A stretch of 63,822 nucleotides of DNA, the filler included. It is 12 parts of 12 records of this genome, joined end to end, with 100 filler letters (N's around TTAATTAATTAA, not from the genome) between each part and the next. Parts side by side here need not be neighbours in the genome. Positions count along the whole stretch, not along the records: positions 26,882 to 42,350 come from SRR11831586_763; positions 42,451 to 50,025 come from SRR11831586_764; 10 more parts are not named here. The stretch is one strand, 5' to 3'. Made by a program: the position numbers and the translations under genes. Within the stretch, counting starts at the first letter, position 1. Each line of letters begins with the position of its first letter. The notes under the pieces were generated by a model, which was given only the letters and a program-made list of their open reading frames with translations, had not been told where the DNA came from and made no database searches. Shown piece by piece: positions 36,656 to 48,295 of the stretch.

Positions 36656-36684
36656 GGCCTGATAAGACAGCGTCACATCAGGCC
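36656..36684. repeat. Degenerate REP downstream of proP
   Basis: ggcctgataagacagcgtcacatcaggcc. Confidence 0.6.
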
Positions 36685-36696
36685 ATCCGTTTCAGC

Positions 36697-38199
36697 TTAT
36701 TCATCAATTCGCGGATGTTGCTGCACCAGGCGGGTACGTTTCGCCTGCAAATCGGCAATCTCGTGGTCAATATCATCGATTTTCTGCTCGATATTATCGT
36801 AATGCTCGACGAGAATTTCCTTCGCTTCCTGTATATCTGACGCCGCCGGTGTCGCACCTTTCAACGGACGATTTGCCGTCTCTTTCATGGTTACGCCGGT
36901 GATTAAACCAACCACCGCCACTACCATCAGGTAATAGGCAGGCATCATCAGATTCTGCGAGCTTTCGACCAGCCAGGCCGCCAGCGTTGGCGTCAGACCG
37001 GCAACCAGCACCGAAATATTAAATGCCGCCGCCAGCGCGCTGTAACGGATATGCGTCGGGAACATCGCTGGCAAGGTAGAAGCCATAACGCCCGTAAAGC
37101 AGTTAAGGATCACCGCCAGCATCAGTAACCCGGCAAAAATCAGGCCGATGACGTTACTGTTAATCAGAATAAACGCCGGGATCGCCAACACAAACAGGGC
37201 AACACTACCAAGTAGCACAAACGGACGACGGCCAAAACGGTCACTCAGCAAGCCCATCACCGGCTGGACAAACAGCATACCGATCATAATGGCGATAATA
37301 ATCAGCACCCCGTGGTCTTCGGAGTAATGCAGGTTATGCGACAAATAACTCGGCATATAGGTCAGCAACATGTAGTAAGTCACGTTGGTGGCAATTACCA
37401 GACCAATACATGTCAACAGGCTGCGCCAGTATTTAGTGGCAATCTCTTTAAACGAGACTTTCGGGCCATCCTGCAAACCTTCACGGTCGCCCTGTTCCAG
37501 TTTATCGACATGCTGCTGGAACGCCGGAGTCTCTTCCAGCGCATGGCGCAGGTAAAGCCCGATAATCCCTAACGGCAGAGCGATAAAGAACGGAATACGC
37601 CAGCCCCAATCGAGGAAGTTCGCTTCGCCGACAATGGTCGAAATTAACACCACCACGCCCGCACCCAGCACAAACCCGGCAATAGAACCGAAGTCCAGCC
37701 AGCTGCCCATAAAGCCACGTTTACGGTCAGGGGAGTATTCCGCAACAAATATCGACGCCCCGGTATATTCACCGCCGACCGAGAAACCTTGTGCCATCTT
37801 ACAGATCAACAGCAGAATCGGTGCCCAAATACCAATCGTGTCGTAGGACGGTATTAAGCCAATACAGAACGTACTGATCGACATAATCACAATAGTGATA
37901 GCGAGGATCTTCTGGCGACCATATTTATCGCCCAACATACCAAAGAAGAGTCCGCCAAGCGGTCGAATCAGAAAGGGAACGGAGAAAGTGGCAAGTGCAG
38001 CAACCATCTGCACGCTGGGGTCAGCCCCCGGGAAAAAAACTTTACCTAATGCGTAAGCAACAAAACCATAAACACCAAAATCGAACCATTCCATTGCATT
38101 ACCCAGTGATGCTGCGGTAATGGCTTTACGCAGTTTACCGTCATCAATAATGGTGACATCACGAAGGGTAATCGGTTTTACTTTTTTCCTTTTCAGCAT
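36697..38199 (-). CDS. proP: Proline/glycine betaine transporter ProP
   Basis: MLKRKKVKPITLRDVTIIDD..., MFS motifs, C-terminal coiled coil, 500 aa. Confidence 0.98.
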   Translation of the reverse strand: MLKRKKVKPITLRDVTIIDDGKLRKAITAASLGNAMEWFDFGVYGFVAYALGKVFFPGADPSVQMVAALATFSVPFLIRPLGGLFFGMLGDKYGRQKILAITIVIMSISTFCIGLIPSYDTIGIWAPILLLICKMAQGFSVGGEYTGASIFVAEYSPDRKRGFMGSWLDFGSIAGFVLGAGVVVLISTIVGEANFLDWGWRIPFFIALPLGIIGLYLRHALEETPAFQQHVDKLEQGDREGLQDGPKVSFKEIATKYWRSLLTCIGLVIATNVTYYMLLTYMPSYLSHNLHYSEDHGVLIIIAIMIGMLFVQPVMGLLSDRFGRRPFVLLGSVALFVLAIPAFILINSNVIGLIFAGLLMLAVILNCFTGVMASTLPAMFPTHIRYSALAAAFNISVLVAGLTPTLAAWLVESSQNLMMPAYYLMVVAVVGLITGVTMKETANRPLKGATPAASDIQEAKEILVEHYDNIEQKIDDIDHEIADLQAKRTRLVQQHPRIDE

Positions 38200-38462
38200 A
38201 GCTTTCCTCGCAGAGTTGGCCCATTTCCGCAAACGCCAGAAAAATCAGCGCGACGGCCGCAAAAGGGGAGCGGGAATTGCAGGATGCAATCTCTGTAACA
38301 AGCGTAGCGGGTTTGCTTACACCCTCCGGTTAAGGAATGTACAATCAAACCAGTTGACGCCTGAATTGGGCAGTTAATGACCTTTTTACCCTACCAGTGT
38401 TTAAATTTGTGATCAACTTCACACATGGATTTCGTTTAGGACTCATTGATGTAACTGATTAT

Positions 38463-39341
38463 TTACGCCAAATTTACAGAGAAGATTTCCTCGAGCATTG
38501 CCCCCGCCAGACGCTGCGCTGAACAGAGTCGTGGCATCCCCAGCGCGACAGTTTGCCAGCGTTGGGTCACTGACCAGCAAACGGGTTGTTTATCTGCCGT
38601 GGTCCACTTTCCCAGCCAACTTAAAAAATCAGCATGCTCCCCGCCCGTCGGAACGGTCGAAGAGGCAAACCACTGATGGTAATAGTGACGCGTGGTCGGT
38701 GCCGCATTGATACTCTCTGCCAGATGTTGTGTCGCTTTCTCGAGCAAATCACCCAGCAACAACGCCACCGCTTGCGGGCTTCCCAGACGGCAGGCATCGC
38801 CAAATGCCCCCCAGCGCAACTCCTCCAGAACGATAAAACAGCGCCCAGGCAACGACCAGGCGTTATACGCCCCAGCACGCCAGCGGGTAAAAATTTGCTC
38901 GCTCTGATCACCTGCCTGCACCAGTAGGCCTCGTTGCGTTAACGCCTTTTCCTTCCAGCGACAACGGGCTGAAAACCACTCATACAAGGCGGCAATTTGC
39001 TGGGGGAGCTCCGGGAAAGCAGAGTGCTGGCGGTGATCCATTTTTTGCAGCAGCGCCAGATGCTGCGCGATCTGCGTCAGTGCCAGATGACCGGGATCCA
39101 GCATCGACGCCAGTTTTTCCACCAATGTCAGACGCAGGCTAAGCGGCGCATTTAACATGCCGCCGTTCGTCCATGTCTGAAGCTGCACACGCGAAAGAAG
39201 TTCCTGCATCAGTCGTTCACGAAACTGCTGCTGATGGGCTTGTGGAAGGCGGGCATCATCACCCTGCGCCAGATCCACTAAAAAGCGGGGATAAACCGAC
39301 TCCAGCACGCGACCGGGGCCGTCAAGTAACGTCTTGGTCAA
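38463..39341 (-). CDS. yjcZ: YjcZ (RdcB), partner of CrfC
   Basis: 292 aa, start overlaps the crfC stop, E. coli synteny. Confidence 0.9.
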   Translation of the reverse strand: MTKTLLDGPGRVLESVYPRFLVDLAQGDDARLPQAHQQQFRERLMQELLSRVQLQTWTNGGMLNAPLSLRLTLVEKLASMLDPGHLALTQIAQHLALLQKMDHRQHSAFPELPQQIAALYEWFSARCRWKEKALTQRGLLVQAGDQSEQIFTRWRAGAYNAWSLPGRCFIVLEELRWGAFGDACRLGSPQAVALLLGDLLEKATQHLAESINAAPTTRHYYHQWFASSTVPTGGEHADFLSWLGKWTTADKQPVCWSVTQRWQTVALGMPRLCSAQRLAGAMLEEIFSVNLA

Positions 39342-41566
39342 TATCGTTCTGCCGTGAAAAGTGTTTGAATATCATCGCGTAACAGCTGGGCGTCGGTGTA
39401 AATCCAGCCGTGAGTCATCACAGTCTGCTGCAATTGCTGCTGCATCAGCCTGACCACCGATTCATTTTGTTGACGCAGAGCCAGACTTTCGCGTAAACGC
39501 GTCTGTAATTCCGTCAAACATGAAGCGAACTCAGCGAAAAAAGTATTCATGCCTGCCGTAACAGATTCATCGACCTGCTCTGCCAGAACTTTAGCCATTT
39601 GTTGGCAATAGAGATCGACTTCTGCGCTTAATGCTCGTTGCAACACACTGTAATCAACCGTTTCTGTCGGTGATTTCTCATTTCCCCGTCCCCAGTCGGG
39701 CTGATTCAACCAGCGCGAAAAAGTCTCACGCACAACGCCTAAACGCGTGCTCTGCTCGTCCGTTGCTTCCTGGCGCGAAATGACTTCACTGAACAGCTGG
39801 CGAGTGTTGAAGTGGGGAACTACGCCGTGAAAAACAGGAAAATGAAACCCAGGACGAAACCCTGACTCGCTCAATTCCATTTTGACTTGTTGCTCAATGG
39901 GGCGAATAACATCGGTTAACACCCGGCAAAGGGTGGATTCAAGCTCGGCAAAACGCAGCGTAAAGTCGCGACTGATGGTGTTCTGCGCCGTCTGTAACAG
40001 TGTCTCACAGCGGGTACGAATCTCGCTTAACGGCTCCGAATCATCCTGAAACAAGGCGGCTAACTGCACCTTCAGCGCATCTTGCTGTTGACGCAGAAAG
40101 TGGTTGGCGGAGGTCAGGGCCAGCTCGATTTCATGTTTAATCTCGCCGCTCACCTGCGCCTGATTGAGTTGCAATAGCTGCAAACTTTCTTCGATCTGGT
40201 GGATATTTTGCCGCAATTGTTCACAAGCGACGTTTAACCCGTGCGCACGAAAATCCAGGTATTCCCGCGCCTGCTGCGCGTAATTCAACAGTTTATGCGC
40301 GGCAGATCGCAGAGCATACAACGAGGCGTTAGCGTAAGCGGCATGAAGCAACGCCTGAATTGGCTGGGCGAACAGCGAATCTTCCCACAACTGATCGGCA
40401 GCATGACGAATATGTTCGAGGTCCGCCAGATCGGCATGACGCCAGCGCCTGCCAAGCGCGGCATGGGCAAAATCTTCCACCCAGCGTTGTTGCTCTGGCG
40501 GTGGTAACTTACCGTTGTTGGCTAACTCATAGCGCGCCCGATTCGCCAGGTAGCCCCACATCGACGACACCGGAAATATCTGCTGTGGCGTAATACAGCC
40601 TTTCATCAGCGTCCCGGAAATCAGTGCCCGCACCTGGTCGGCGTCGTCACTGTTACGATCCTGTTGATCGAACTTATTGACCAGCACGTACAGCGGCACC
40701 GATTGCCCCACCGCCAAAATCGCCTCACGGACCTCTTCATCGGAGATCGATTTCAGTTGCGTATAATCCAGCACCGCCAGTACCGCCGAGGCGCGTGCCA
40801 GCTGCTGGTTAAGCATTTTTTGCAGATGCGGTTGCCCGGCTTCATTTGGCCCGGGGGTATCCAGTAACGTCAACTGACCGGGATAACTCTCCAGCCCCGC
40901 TAGATGGACAAACTCCACTTCAATCACGGGAATATGCTCAATGGCGGCGTAAGCAGAAAAAGGAAAATCGACGTCCAGCGCCTTCGCCAGTCGCACTAAA
41001 TCATTCAAACTTTTCAGACAATGAAAAATAGGCTGGGCACCCAGATAATATTTTTCGAAAGCGACGCCATTTTCGATCCGCTGCATAAGCGCACGCATAT
41101 CTTTATCTATTTCCAGCACATCGGTCAGATGCTTAATATCGCAATCACGCAGGCGCTGTTGTAATTGTTGAATTAAACAATCGATTGGCGCGACATGTGA
41201 AAAATGCAGTACCGGTTCCTTTTGCCCGGGCGTATGGCGAATAAGCGTCGGCAGCGCAGTCATTGGGCGATTACGATTAGGCAGAACCTCCGTACCAACA
41301 ATGGCATTAATGGTGGTTGATTTCCCTGCTTTCATGGTACCGACAATTGCAAGCACCATTTCCAGTCGGGAAATTTTACGCAACTCATTATTCAGCATCG
41401 CGTGACGTTCGGCGATATTAGGCTGACTCCAGGGTAAAGCCAGTTGTGGCGCGTCGTCTCCGGGTACAGAGAGAGGCATTTTTTCCAGTAACTGCAACTG
41501 TTGGCGAGAAAGCTGTAACAGGCGTTCAGCCTCCTGACTTAACTCATACAGGGTCTGTGTGTACAT
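39338..41566 (-). CDS. crfC: Dynamin-like clamp-binding protein CrfC (YjdA/RdcA)
   Basis: GTMKAGKST P-loop, DTPG and NKFD GTPase motifs, 742 aa. Confidence 0.95.
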   Translation of the reverse strand: MYTQTLYELSQEAERLLQLSRQQLQLLEKMPLSVPGDDAPQLALPWSQPNIAERHAMLNNELRKISRLEMVLAIVGTMKAGKSTTINAIVGTEVLPNRNRPMTALPTLIRHTPGQKEPVLHFSHVAPIDCLIQQLQQRLRDCDIKHLTDVLEIDKDMRALMQRIENGVAFEKYYLGAQPIFHCLKSLNDLVRLAKALDVDFPFSAYAAIEHIPVIEVEFVHLAGLESYPGQLTLLDTPGPNEAGQPHLQKMLNQQLARASAVLAVLDYTQLKSISDEEVREAILAVGQSVPLYVLVNKFDQQDRNSDDADQVRALISGTLMKGCITPQQIFPVSSMWGYLANRARYELANNGKLPPPEQQRWVEDFAHAALGRRWRHADLADLEHIRHAADQLWEDSLFAQPIQALLHAAYANASLYALRSAAHKLLNYAQQAREYLDFRAHGLNVACEQLRQNIHQIEESLQLLQLNQAQVSGEIKHEIELALTSANHFLRQQQDALKVQLAALFQDDSEPLSEIRTRCETLLQTAQNTISRDFTLRFAELESTLCRVLTDVIRPIEQQVKMELSESGFRPGFHFPVFHGVVPHFNTRQLFSEVISRQEATDEQSTRLGVVRETFSRWLNQPDWGRGNEKSPTETVDYSVLQRALSAEVDLYCQQMAKVLAEQVDESVTAGMNTFFAEFASCLTELQTRLRESLALRQQNESVVRLMQQQLQQTVMTHGWIYTDAQLLRDDIQTLFTAERY

Positions 41567-41966
41567 AGAAAATTCTTCCTTAAAGCAAATTTTGTTATTT
41601 TATTTAGCCAGATTGTTTTTGAGTTCTGTTTTCGGCTTTTATAATTACTGCAAGAAATAATTTTATATTTAGTGTGTTGTTTTTTATCAGAATAAATAAC
41701 GTCTTCTGATACGTTTAAAACGTCAGAAAGATAAAAATATCATGTGAATTAAAAAAAGAACAAGTAGAGCATTAACATTATCTTAAATAATAAATAGAGG
41801 CAAAAAGATTATTTTCTTTTTGCGTTTCCTTTCAAATGAAAACGATCGTCGTCTAAAATCAGCAGTACCCCCGACAAACTCAGGGATTTTGTGTATAATT
41901 GCGGCCTTTTTCGGCAATCTGCCGTTTTTTGGCGCTTTTGCCCTGCTGACTTTTGAGGAAATCCAC

Positions 41967-42302
41967 ATGTCATTACCACACTGCCCAAAATGCAACTCCG
42001 AATACACCTACGAAGATAACGGCATGTACATCTGCCCGGAATGTGCCTACGAATGGAACGACGCAGAACCTGCACAGGAAAGCGACGAGCTGATCGTTAA
42101 AGATGCTAACGGCAATCTGCTGGCTGACGGCGACAGCGTTACCATCATTAAAGATCTGAAGGTGAAAGGTAGCTCTTCGATGCTGAAAATTGGCACCAAA
42201 GTGAAAAACATCCGCCTGGTTGAAGGCGACCATAACATCGATTGCAAAATCGACGGTTTTGGTCCGATGAAACTGAAATCTGAGTTTGTGAAAAAGAACT
42301 GA
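41967..42302 (+). CDS. yjdM: Zinc-ribbon protein YjdM (PhnA)
   Basis: [26 protein letters not shown]..., 111 aa. Confidence 0.95.
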
Positions 42303-42320
42303 TTGTATTGTGATCGGTAA

Positions 42321-42350
42321 GCCGGATAAGGCGCTCGCGCCGCATCCGGC
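42321..42350. repeat. REP at contig end
   Basis: gccggataaggcgctcgcgccgcatccggc. Confidence 0.92.
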
Positions 42351-42450
42351 NNNNNNNNNNNNNNNNNNNNNNNNNNNNNNNNNNNNNNNNNNNNTTAATT
42401 AATTAANNNNNNNNNNNNNNNNNNNNNNNNNNNNNNNNNNNNNNNNNNNN
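42351..42450. other. Artificial contig spacer 7
   Basis: 44N-TTAATTAATTAA-44N. Confidence 0.99.
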
Positions 42451-43294
42451 ATGCACAGCAGGCCGCCCATCGGCACCATCGCATCTTTCTTGGCGGACAT
42501 CGCCAGCATATCGGCATATTTGTAGGTTTCGCGGGTGATCTGCTCGATGGTCCAGTCTTTGTATTCTGCTTCACGCTGCTTGATGAAATAGGCGTTTTCA
42601 GCAAAGCGCGCGGAGTCCATTACCACCGGAATATCGTATTTCTTCGCGATGCTGTACATCGCTTTTAAGTTTGCCAGTGAAACCGGCTGACCACCTGCAG
42701 AGTTACTGGTGATGGTTGCAACGATATACGGCACGTTATTCGGACCAACTTCTTCAATACCGCGTTCTAATCCCTCAAGGTCAAAGTTGCCTTTAAAGTC
42801 GTAACGCACGCCCGTATCGAAGGCTTCTTTGATATAGACGTTACGCACGGTACAGCCGTTGATCTGGCTATGGCCCTGCGTGGTATCAAAGAAATAGTTA
42901 GAGAACGCCACCATTTTGCTGCGATCCAGGCCTTTTTCCTGCTCGCGTTTTTTAATCAGTACCGGAATATAGATTTGCTCTGCGCCACGGCCCTGGTGAG
43001 TCGGAATGGTGTATTGATAACCAAAGATATTTTTCACTGACTCGGCTAACGCATAGTAGCTACGACTGCCGCTGTAGGCTTCGTCGCCGCGCATCATCGC
43101 AGCCTGCATGCTCTGCGTCACCGCCCCGGTGCCGCTGTCGGTCAGTAAATCGATAAAACATCTTCGCTATCCAGCAGGAACGGGTTCATACCGGATTTAA
43201 TAATTGCCTCTTCACGATAAGCGCGAGTGGTACGTTTTACTGGCTCAATAACACGAATGCGGAACGGTTCAGGGAGATGTTTAAAGTTTTCCAT
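42451..43294 (-). CDS. tnaA: Tryptophanase, N-terminal part, with an apparent -1 frameshift at 43155-43158
   Basis: [23 protein letters not shown]...DSEDV then a shifted frame [27 protein letters not shown]...MSAKKD (PLP lysine). Confidence 0.95.
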
Positions 43295-43514
43295 TACATA
43301 ATCCTTCATTTATTTTAATTACAGTGATCCCTGTGAATATTACATCTGCTATACCGATTAATTCGCCAGATATATATGCAAGCACCATCATTTACTAAAA
43401 CAAGTAAATAAACGAGAGATGACCTTTGCAAAAGGCAAAATTAAGATATAGCAAACAAATAGATCACATTGAATCTAATCGGTTTGGCTCTGGTGATGGC
43501 TACAGAAGGGCAAA

Positions 43515-43589
43515 TCAAGGGCGGTGATCGACAATTTTGTTGTCAATATTGAACCATTTTGAGGTCACACATATATGTAAGATATTCAT
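43515..43589 (-). CDS. tnaC: Tryptophanase leader (ribosome arrest) peptide
   Basis: MNILHICVTSKWFNIDNKIVDHRP*. Confidence 0.97.
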   Translation of the reverse strand: MNILHICVTSKWFNIDNKIVDHRP

Positions 43590-43664
43590 AATGCACTTAT
43601 CCTCGCAAGACACGAGGCTACATTATTACACTCAGAGTTTTTGTCTATTCTGAAATTGTTTAAA

Positions 43665-43680
43665 TGTGAATCGAATCACA
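43665..43680. promoter_or_regulatory. CRP site of the tna promoter
   Basis: TGTGA-atcgaa-TCACA, perfect consensus. Confidence 0.9.
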
Positions 43681-43831
43681 ATCGTTCGGGGAGCAATATT
43701 AAATGCTTTTTTTAAAGATTATAAATTACGTAAGAATTTTAATGTTTAAAAAAAGGGTTGAGGAATAACAGGAGTGGTAACAATGAAGCGAAGCCGCATC
43801 TGACAGTCAGAATGCGGCTTCGTAAGCGCGG

Positions 43832-45196
43832 TTACTTACCAATACAGAAGCTGGAGAAAATCCGCCCCAGCAGGTCGTCTGAAGTAAATTCCCCGGTGAT
43901 TTCGCTTAAGTTCTGCTGTGCCAGACGCAACTCTTCCGCCAGCAGTTCACCTGCCCAGGCTCCCAACAGTTGCGCTTTGCCCTGTTGTAGATGTTCCGCT
44001 GCCTGTTCCAGCGCCTGTAGGTGGCGACGACGCGCCAGGAAGCCGCCTTCCATGTTGGTGTCAAAGCCCATGCTCTGTTTGAGATGGTTACGCAGCACGT
44101 CCACGCCTTCACCAGTCCTTGCCGAGAGACGAATTAACGCGTGACCGTTCACTTCACTCATTCCCAGCGTTTCGCCGGTGATATCGGCTTTATTGCGCAC
44201 CACGGTGATCGGCAGTTTCGCTGGCAGACGGGCAATAAATTCCGGCCAGATCTCTGCCGGATCCACGGCGTCTGTTGTGGTGCCATCGACCATAAACAGC
44301 ACGCGGTCGGCCTGTTCAATTTCCTGCCACGCGCGCTCGATACCAATACGTTCTACTTCGTCACTGGCTTCACGTAGCCCGGCGGTATCGATGATATGCA
44401 GCGGCATTCCGTCAATGTGGATATGCTCACGCAGCACGTCACGCGTAGTTCCGGCGATATCGGTTACGATTGCCGCTTCACGCCCCGCCAGCGCGTTTAA
44501 CAGGCTCGATTTACCGGCGTTAGGACGTCCGGCAATCACCACTTTCATCCCTTCGCGCAACAAACTACCCTGACGTGCTTCAGCACGCACTGCATCAAGA
44601 TCGGCAATAACGTCATTGAGCTGGGCTTCAATTTTTCCGTCGGAGAGGAAATCGATCTCTTCATCGGGGAAATCAATTGCCGCTTCGACGTAAATGCGCA
44701 AGTGGGTGAGGGCTTCTACCAGATGATTAACCCGTGCGGAGAATGCGCCTTGCAGCGAGTTAAGTGCCGAACGGGCCGCCTGTTCCGAACTGGCGTCGAT
44801 AAGATCGGCAATCGCCTCGGCCTGGGCTAAGTCAAGTTTATCGTTAAGAAACGCGCGTTCGGAAAACTCACCAGGGCGAGCAATCCGCAGGCCGGGAATG
44901 GTCAGAATGCGTTTTAACAGCAGGTCGAGGATCACCGGACCGCCATGACCTTGCAGTTCCAGCACATCTTCGCCGGTGAACGAGTTCGGGCCAGGGAACC
45001 ATAGCGCAATCCCCTGATCGAGCACGCTGCCGTCGGCGTCTTTAAACGGAAGATAATCGGCGTAGCGCGGCTTAGGCAGTTTACCCAGCACGGTTTCGGC
45101 AACTTCACGGGCTTTGAAGCCGGAGATGCGCAGGATGCCAACGCCGCCACGTCCCGGAGGCGTGGCCTGGGCTACGATAGTGTCATTATCGCTCAT
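43832..45196 (-). CDS. mnmE: tRNA modification GTPase MnmE
   Basis: [18 protein letters not shown]...GRPNAGKSS...FSSFCIGK, 454 aa. Confidence 0.99.
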
Positions 45197-45217
45197 GATG
45201 TTCCTGTTGCTTTGTGT

Positions 45218-45247
45218 GGCGGATGCGCGGTGCTTATCCGCCCTACG
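45218..45247. repeat. Degenerate REP between yidC and mnmE
   Basis: ggcggatgcgcggtgcttatccgccctacg. Confidence 0.65.
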
Positions 45248-45302
45248 AAAAGAAAAAAGGACGGTCAACTGACCGCCCTTATTTTAGCGAAAACTCACCG
45301 AA

Positions 45303-46949
45303 TCAGGATTTTTTCTTCTCGCGGCTATGCAGGCCACGTTTTTCCAGACCACGGTAAATCAGCTGCTGCTGAATAATGGTTACCAGGTTGCTGACGATAT
45401 AGTACAGCACCAGACCTGACGGGAACCACAGGAAGAACACGGTGAAGATGACCGGCATAAAGGTCATGATCTTCTGCTGCATCGGGTCGGTCACTGTGGT
45501 CGGCGACATCTTCTGAATGAAGAACATCGTTACGCCCATCAGGATCGGCAGGATGTAGTACGGGTCCTGTGCCGACAGGTCGTGGATCCACAGTGCAAAC
45601 GGTGCCTGACGCAGTTCAACGGAACCCATCAGCATGTAGTACAACGCCAGGAAGATTGGCATCTGGATCAGCAGCGGGAAGCAGCCGCCCAGCGGGTTAA
45701 CCTTCTCAGCTTTGTACAGCGCCATCATTTCCTGGCTGATACGCTGTTTGTCATCGCCCAGACGCTCACGCATTGCCTGAATCTTCGGCTGCAACATACG
45801 CATCTTCGCCATGGAGGTGTACTGCGCTTTGGTCAGCGGGTACATGATGCCACGAACGATAAAGGTGATGATGATAATGGAGAAGCCCCAGTTACCCACA
45901 AAGCTATGGATCCATTTCAGCAGTTTGAACAGCGGCTGAGAGATGAACCACAACCAACCGTAATCAACGGTCAGATCCAGGTGCGGAGCAACAGCTGCCA
46001 TTTTGTCCTGGATTTCCGGGCCAACCCACAGGGTGCTGTTCATCGCGCCAGTCTGACCAGGCTGAACCAGTACCGGCTGAGATTTATAGCCGATAGCGGC
46101 GATGCCGTTACCCAGATTAGCGGTATAGAAGTTGTTGGTACCGTCGTTATGCGGGATCCACGCCGTCGCGAAATACTGTTGCAGCATCGCCACCCAACCA
46201 CCTTTCGAAGAGATGTTCAGGTTTTCGTTATCGGCAATGGTATCGAACTTGTATTTCTCATACTTCTCGTCAGGCGTGGAGTACGCCGCGCCACGGAAGG
46301 TGTGCAGTGCGAAGTTGCTGCTTCCGGTATCGAGATGCGGTGGCAGAGTGATGGATTGCTTCAACTGACCAAACGAGGAGATTTCCAGCGGTTTCTCGCC
46401 AGCGTTCTGCACGTTGTAGTTGACGTTGACAGCGTAATCACCACGTTTCAGGACAAACGTTTTGGTAAACGTGTTGCCTGCCGCGTCGGTATACGTCATC
46501 GGCACCTGCAGTTCGTTTTGACCTTCAGCCAGCACATAAGCGTCTTTTTCAACGTTATACAGCGGACGCGGGCCGTTAGCCGGGTTATCCGGGCCATCAC
46601 GACCGGTCAGACCGCTCTGTGCCTGATAAATAAACTGCGGTGAAGTTTCCAACAGCTGGAACGGCTGGGTAGAGTTCAGCTCTTTCGGGTAAGCAGGCAG
46701 CAGAGCTTGCTCAACATCACCACCACGGGTGTTGATGGTCAGATCAAGCACGTCGGTCTTAACCGAGATCAGTTTCCCCTGGCCACTGGCCGGTACGCCC
46801 TGGTCGGCGGCGCTACCCGCTGCGGTGGTCGTTGTCTGCGTGGTCTGTTGGGCCTGAGGTTGCGGGTTTTTATCCTGCTCCCAGGCTTGCCAGATCATGA
46901 AAGACACGAACAGCAAAGCGATGACTAAAAGATTGCGTTGCGAATCCAT
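45303..46949 (-). CDS. yidC: Membrane protein insertase YidC
   Basis: [14 protein letters not shown]...[12 protein letters not shown]...NPLGGCFP, 548 aa. Confidence 0.99.
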
Positions 46950-46951
46950 CG

Positions 46952-47209
46952 TTAGTGTTCTCTGGTATCAAATGGTCCGGGCGGGACGGGATCGTCACCA
47001 CCAGGGTGTAAAGGGTGGCATTTTAATACGCGTTTCACCGTCAACCAACTGCCTTTTATCACTCCAAACCTGCGCAATGCCTCAATTCCGTAGCTTGAAC
47101 AGGTTGGAGTGAAACGACAATGCGGCCCGAGTAGCGGACTAATCAGGCGTTGATAGACCCGAATGAGGGCTATCAGGACCCGCGAGCCAGGCGACAGTGG
47201 CGGCGCCAT
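46952..47209 (-). CDS. yidD: Membrane protein insertion efficiency factor
   Basis: [10 protein letters not shown]...[14 protein letters not shown], 85 aa. Confidence 0.96.
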
Positions 47210-47532
47210 AATTTTTCCAACGCTTCCGAGAGAGCACGGTTATCGAGGTCGGCAACCCCTTTTTTCGCCACCACCACGAAATCCATAGCCGGGAGTTCAT
47301 GTTGGCGCAGACGGAAGCTTTCACGCGTCAGACGTTTAATCCGATTGCGTTCATGGGCGCGTCGAACGTTTTTCTTGGCGACTGTAAGACCGATACGGGG
47401 ATGCCCCAGCGAATTCAGGCGGCCGAGAATGGTAATTTGCGGCGTGCCAGCCCGTTGTGGCTGCTGGAAGACGAATGTGAATTGACTGGGAGTTAACAAG
47501 CGTAACTCCCTGGGAAATGCGAGCTTAACCAC
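47173..47532 (-). CDS. rnpA: RNase P protein component
   Basis: [17 protein letters not shown] (RNR motif), GTG start. Confidence 0.98.
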
Positions 47533-47548
47533 TCAGGGGTTAGCTTTA

Positions 47549-47701
<153 letters not shown>

Positions 47702-48077
47702 CTAAACTTGAATAAATTCAATGGCTTTATTGGATATCCGCCGAAAAATGAAACGATGGACACCGAAGCCATGGGTGATTAAAGAGGCCGGATTGTAATA
47801 ATTGTACACTCCGGAGTCAATTCTCTTTCCTTATTTACCGCGCTTTTCCGCACCTTTTCGCAGGGAAAATGTACGACCTCACACCAGTGGAAACCAGCAT
47901 GGCGCGCCGGGTGGAGGATTATACGGGCTGATGGGTAAAGCGCAAGGATCGTCCTGGATCTTTATTAGATCGATTAAGCCAATTTTTGTCTATGGTCATT
48001 AAATTTTCCAATATGCGGCGTAAATCGTGCCCGCCTCGCGGCAGGATCGTTTACACTTAGCGAGTTCTGGAAAGTCC

Positions 48078-48086
48078 TGTGGATAA
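48078..48086 (-). promoter_or_regulatory. DnaA box in the dnaA promoter
   Basis: TTATCCACA on the minus strand. Confidence 0.9.
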
Positions 48087-48295
48087 ATCGGGAAAATCTG
48101 TGAGAAACAGAAGATCTCTTGCGCAGTTTAGGCTATGATCCGCGGTCCCGATCGTTTTGCAGGATCTTGATCGGGCATATAACCGCAGACAGCGGTTCGT
48201 GCGTCACCCTCAAGCAGGGTCTTTTCGACGTACGTCAACAATCATGAATGTTTCAGCCTTAGTCATTATCGACTTTTGTTCGAGTGGAGTCCGCC

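Noticed and set aside
38463..41566. Dynamin-like crfC plus yjcZ as a novel defence or membrane system
   Set aside because: This is an already described E. coli locus (CrfC/RdcA and RdcB), and nothing is atypical here.
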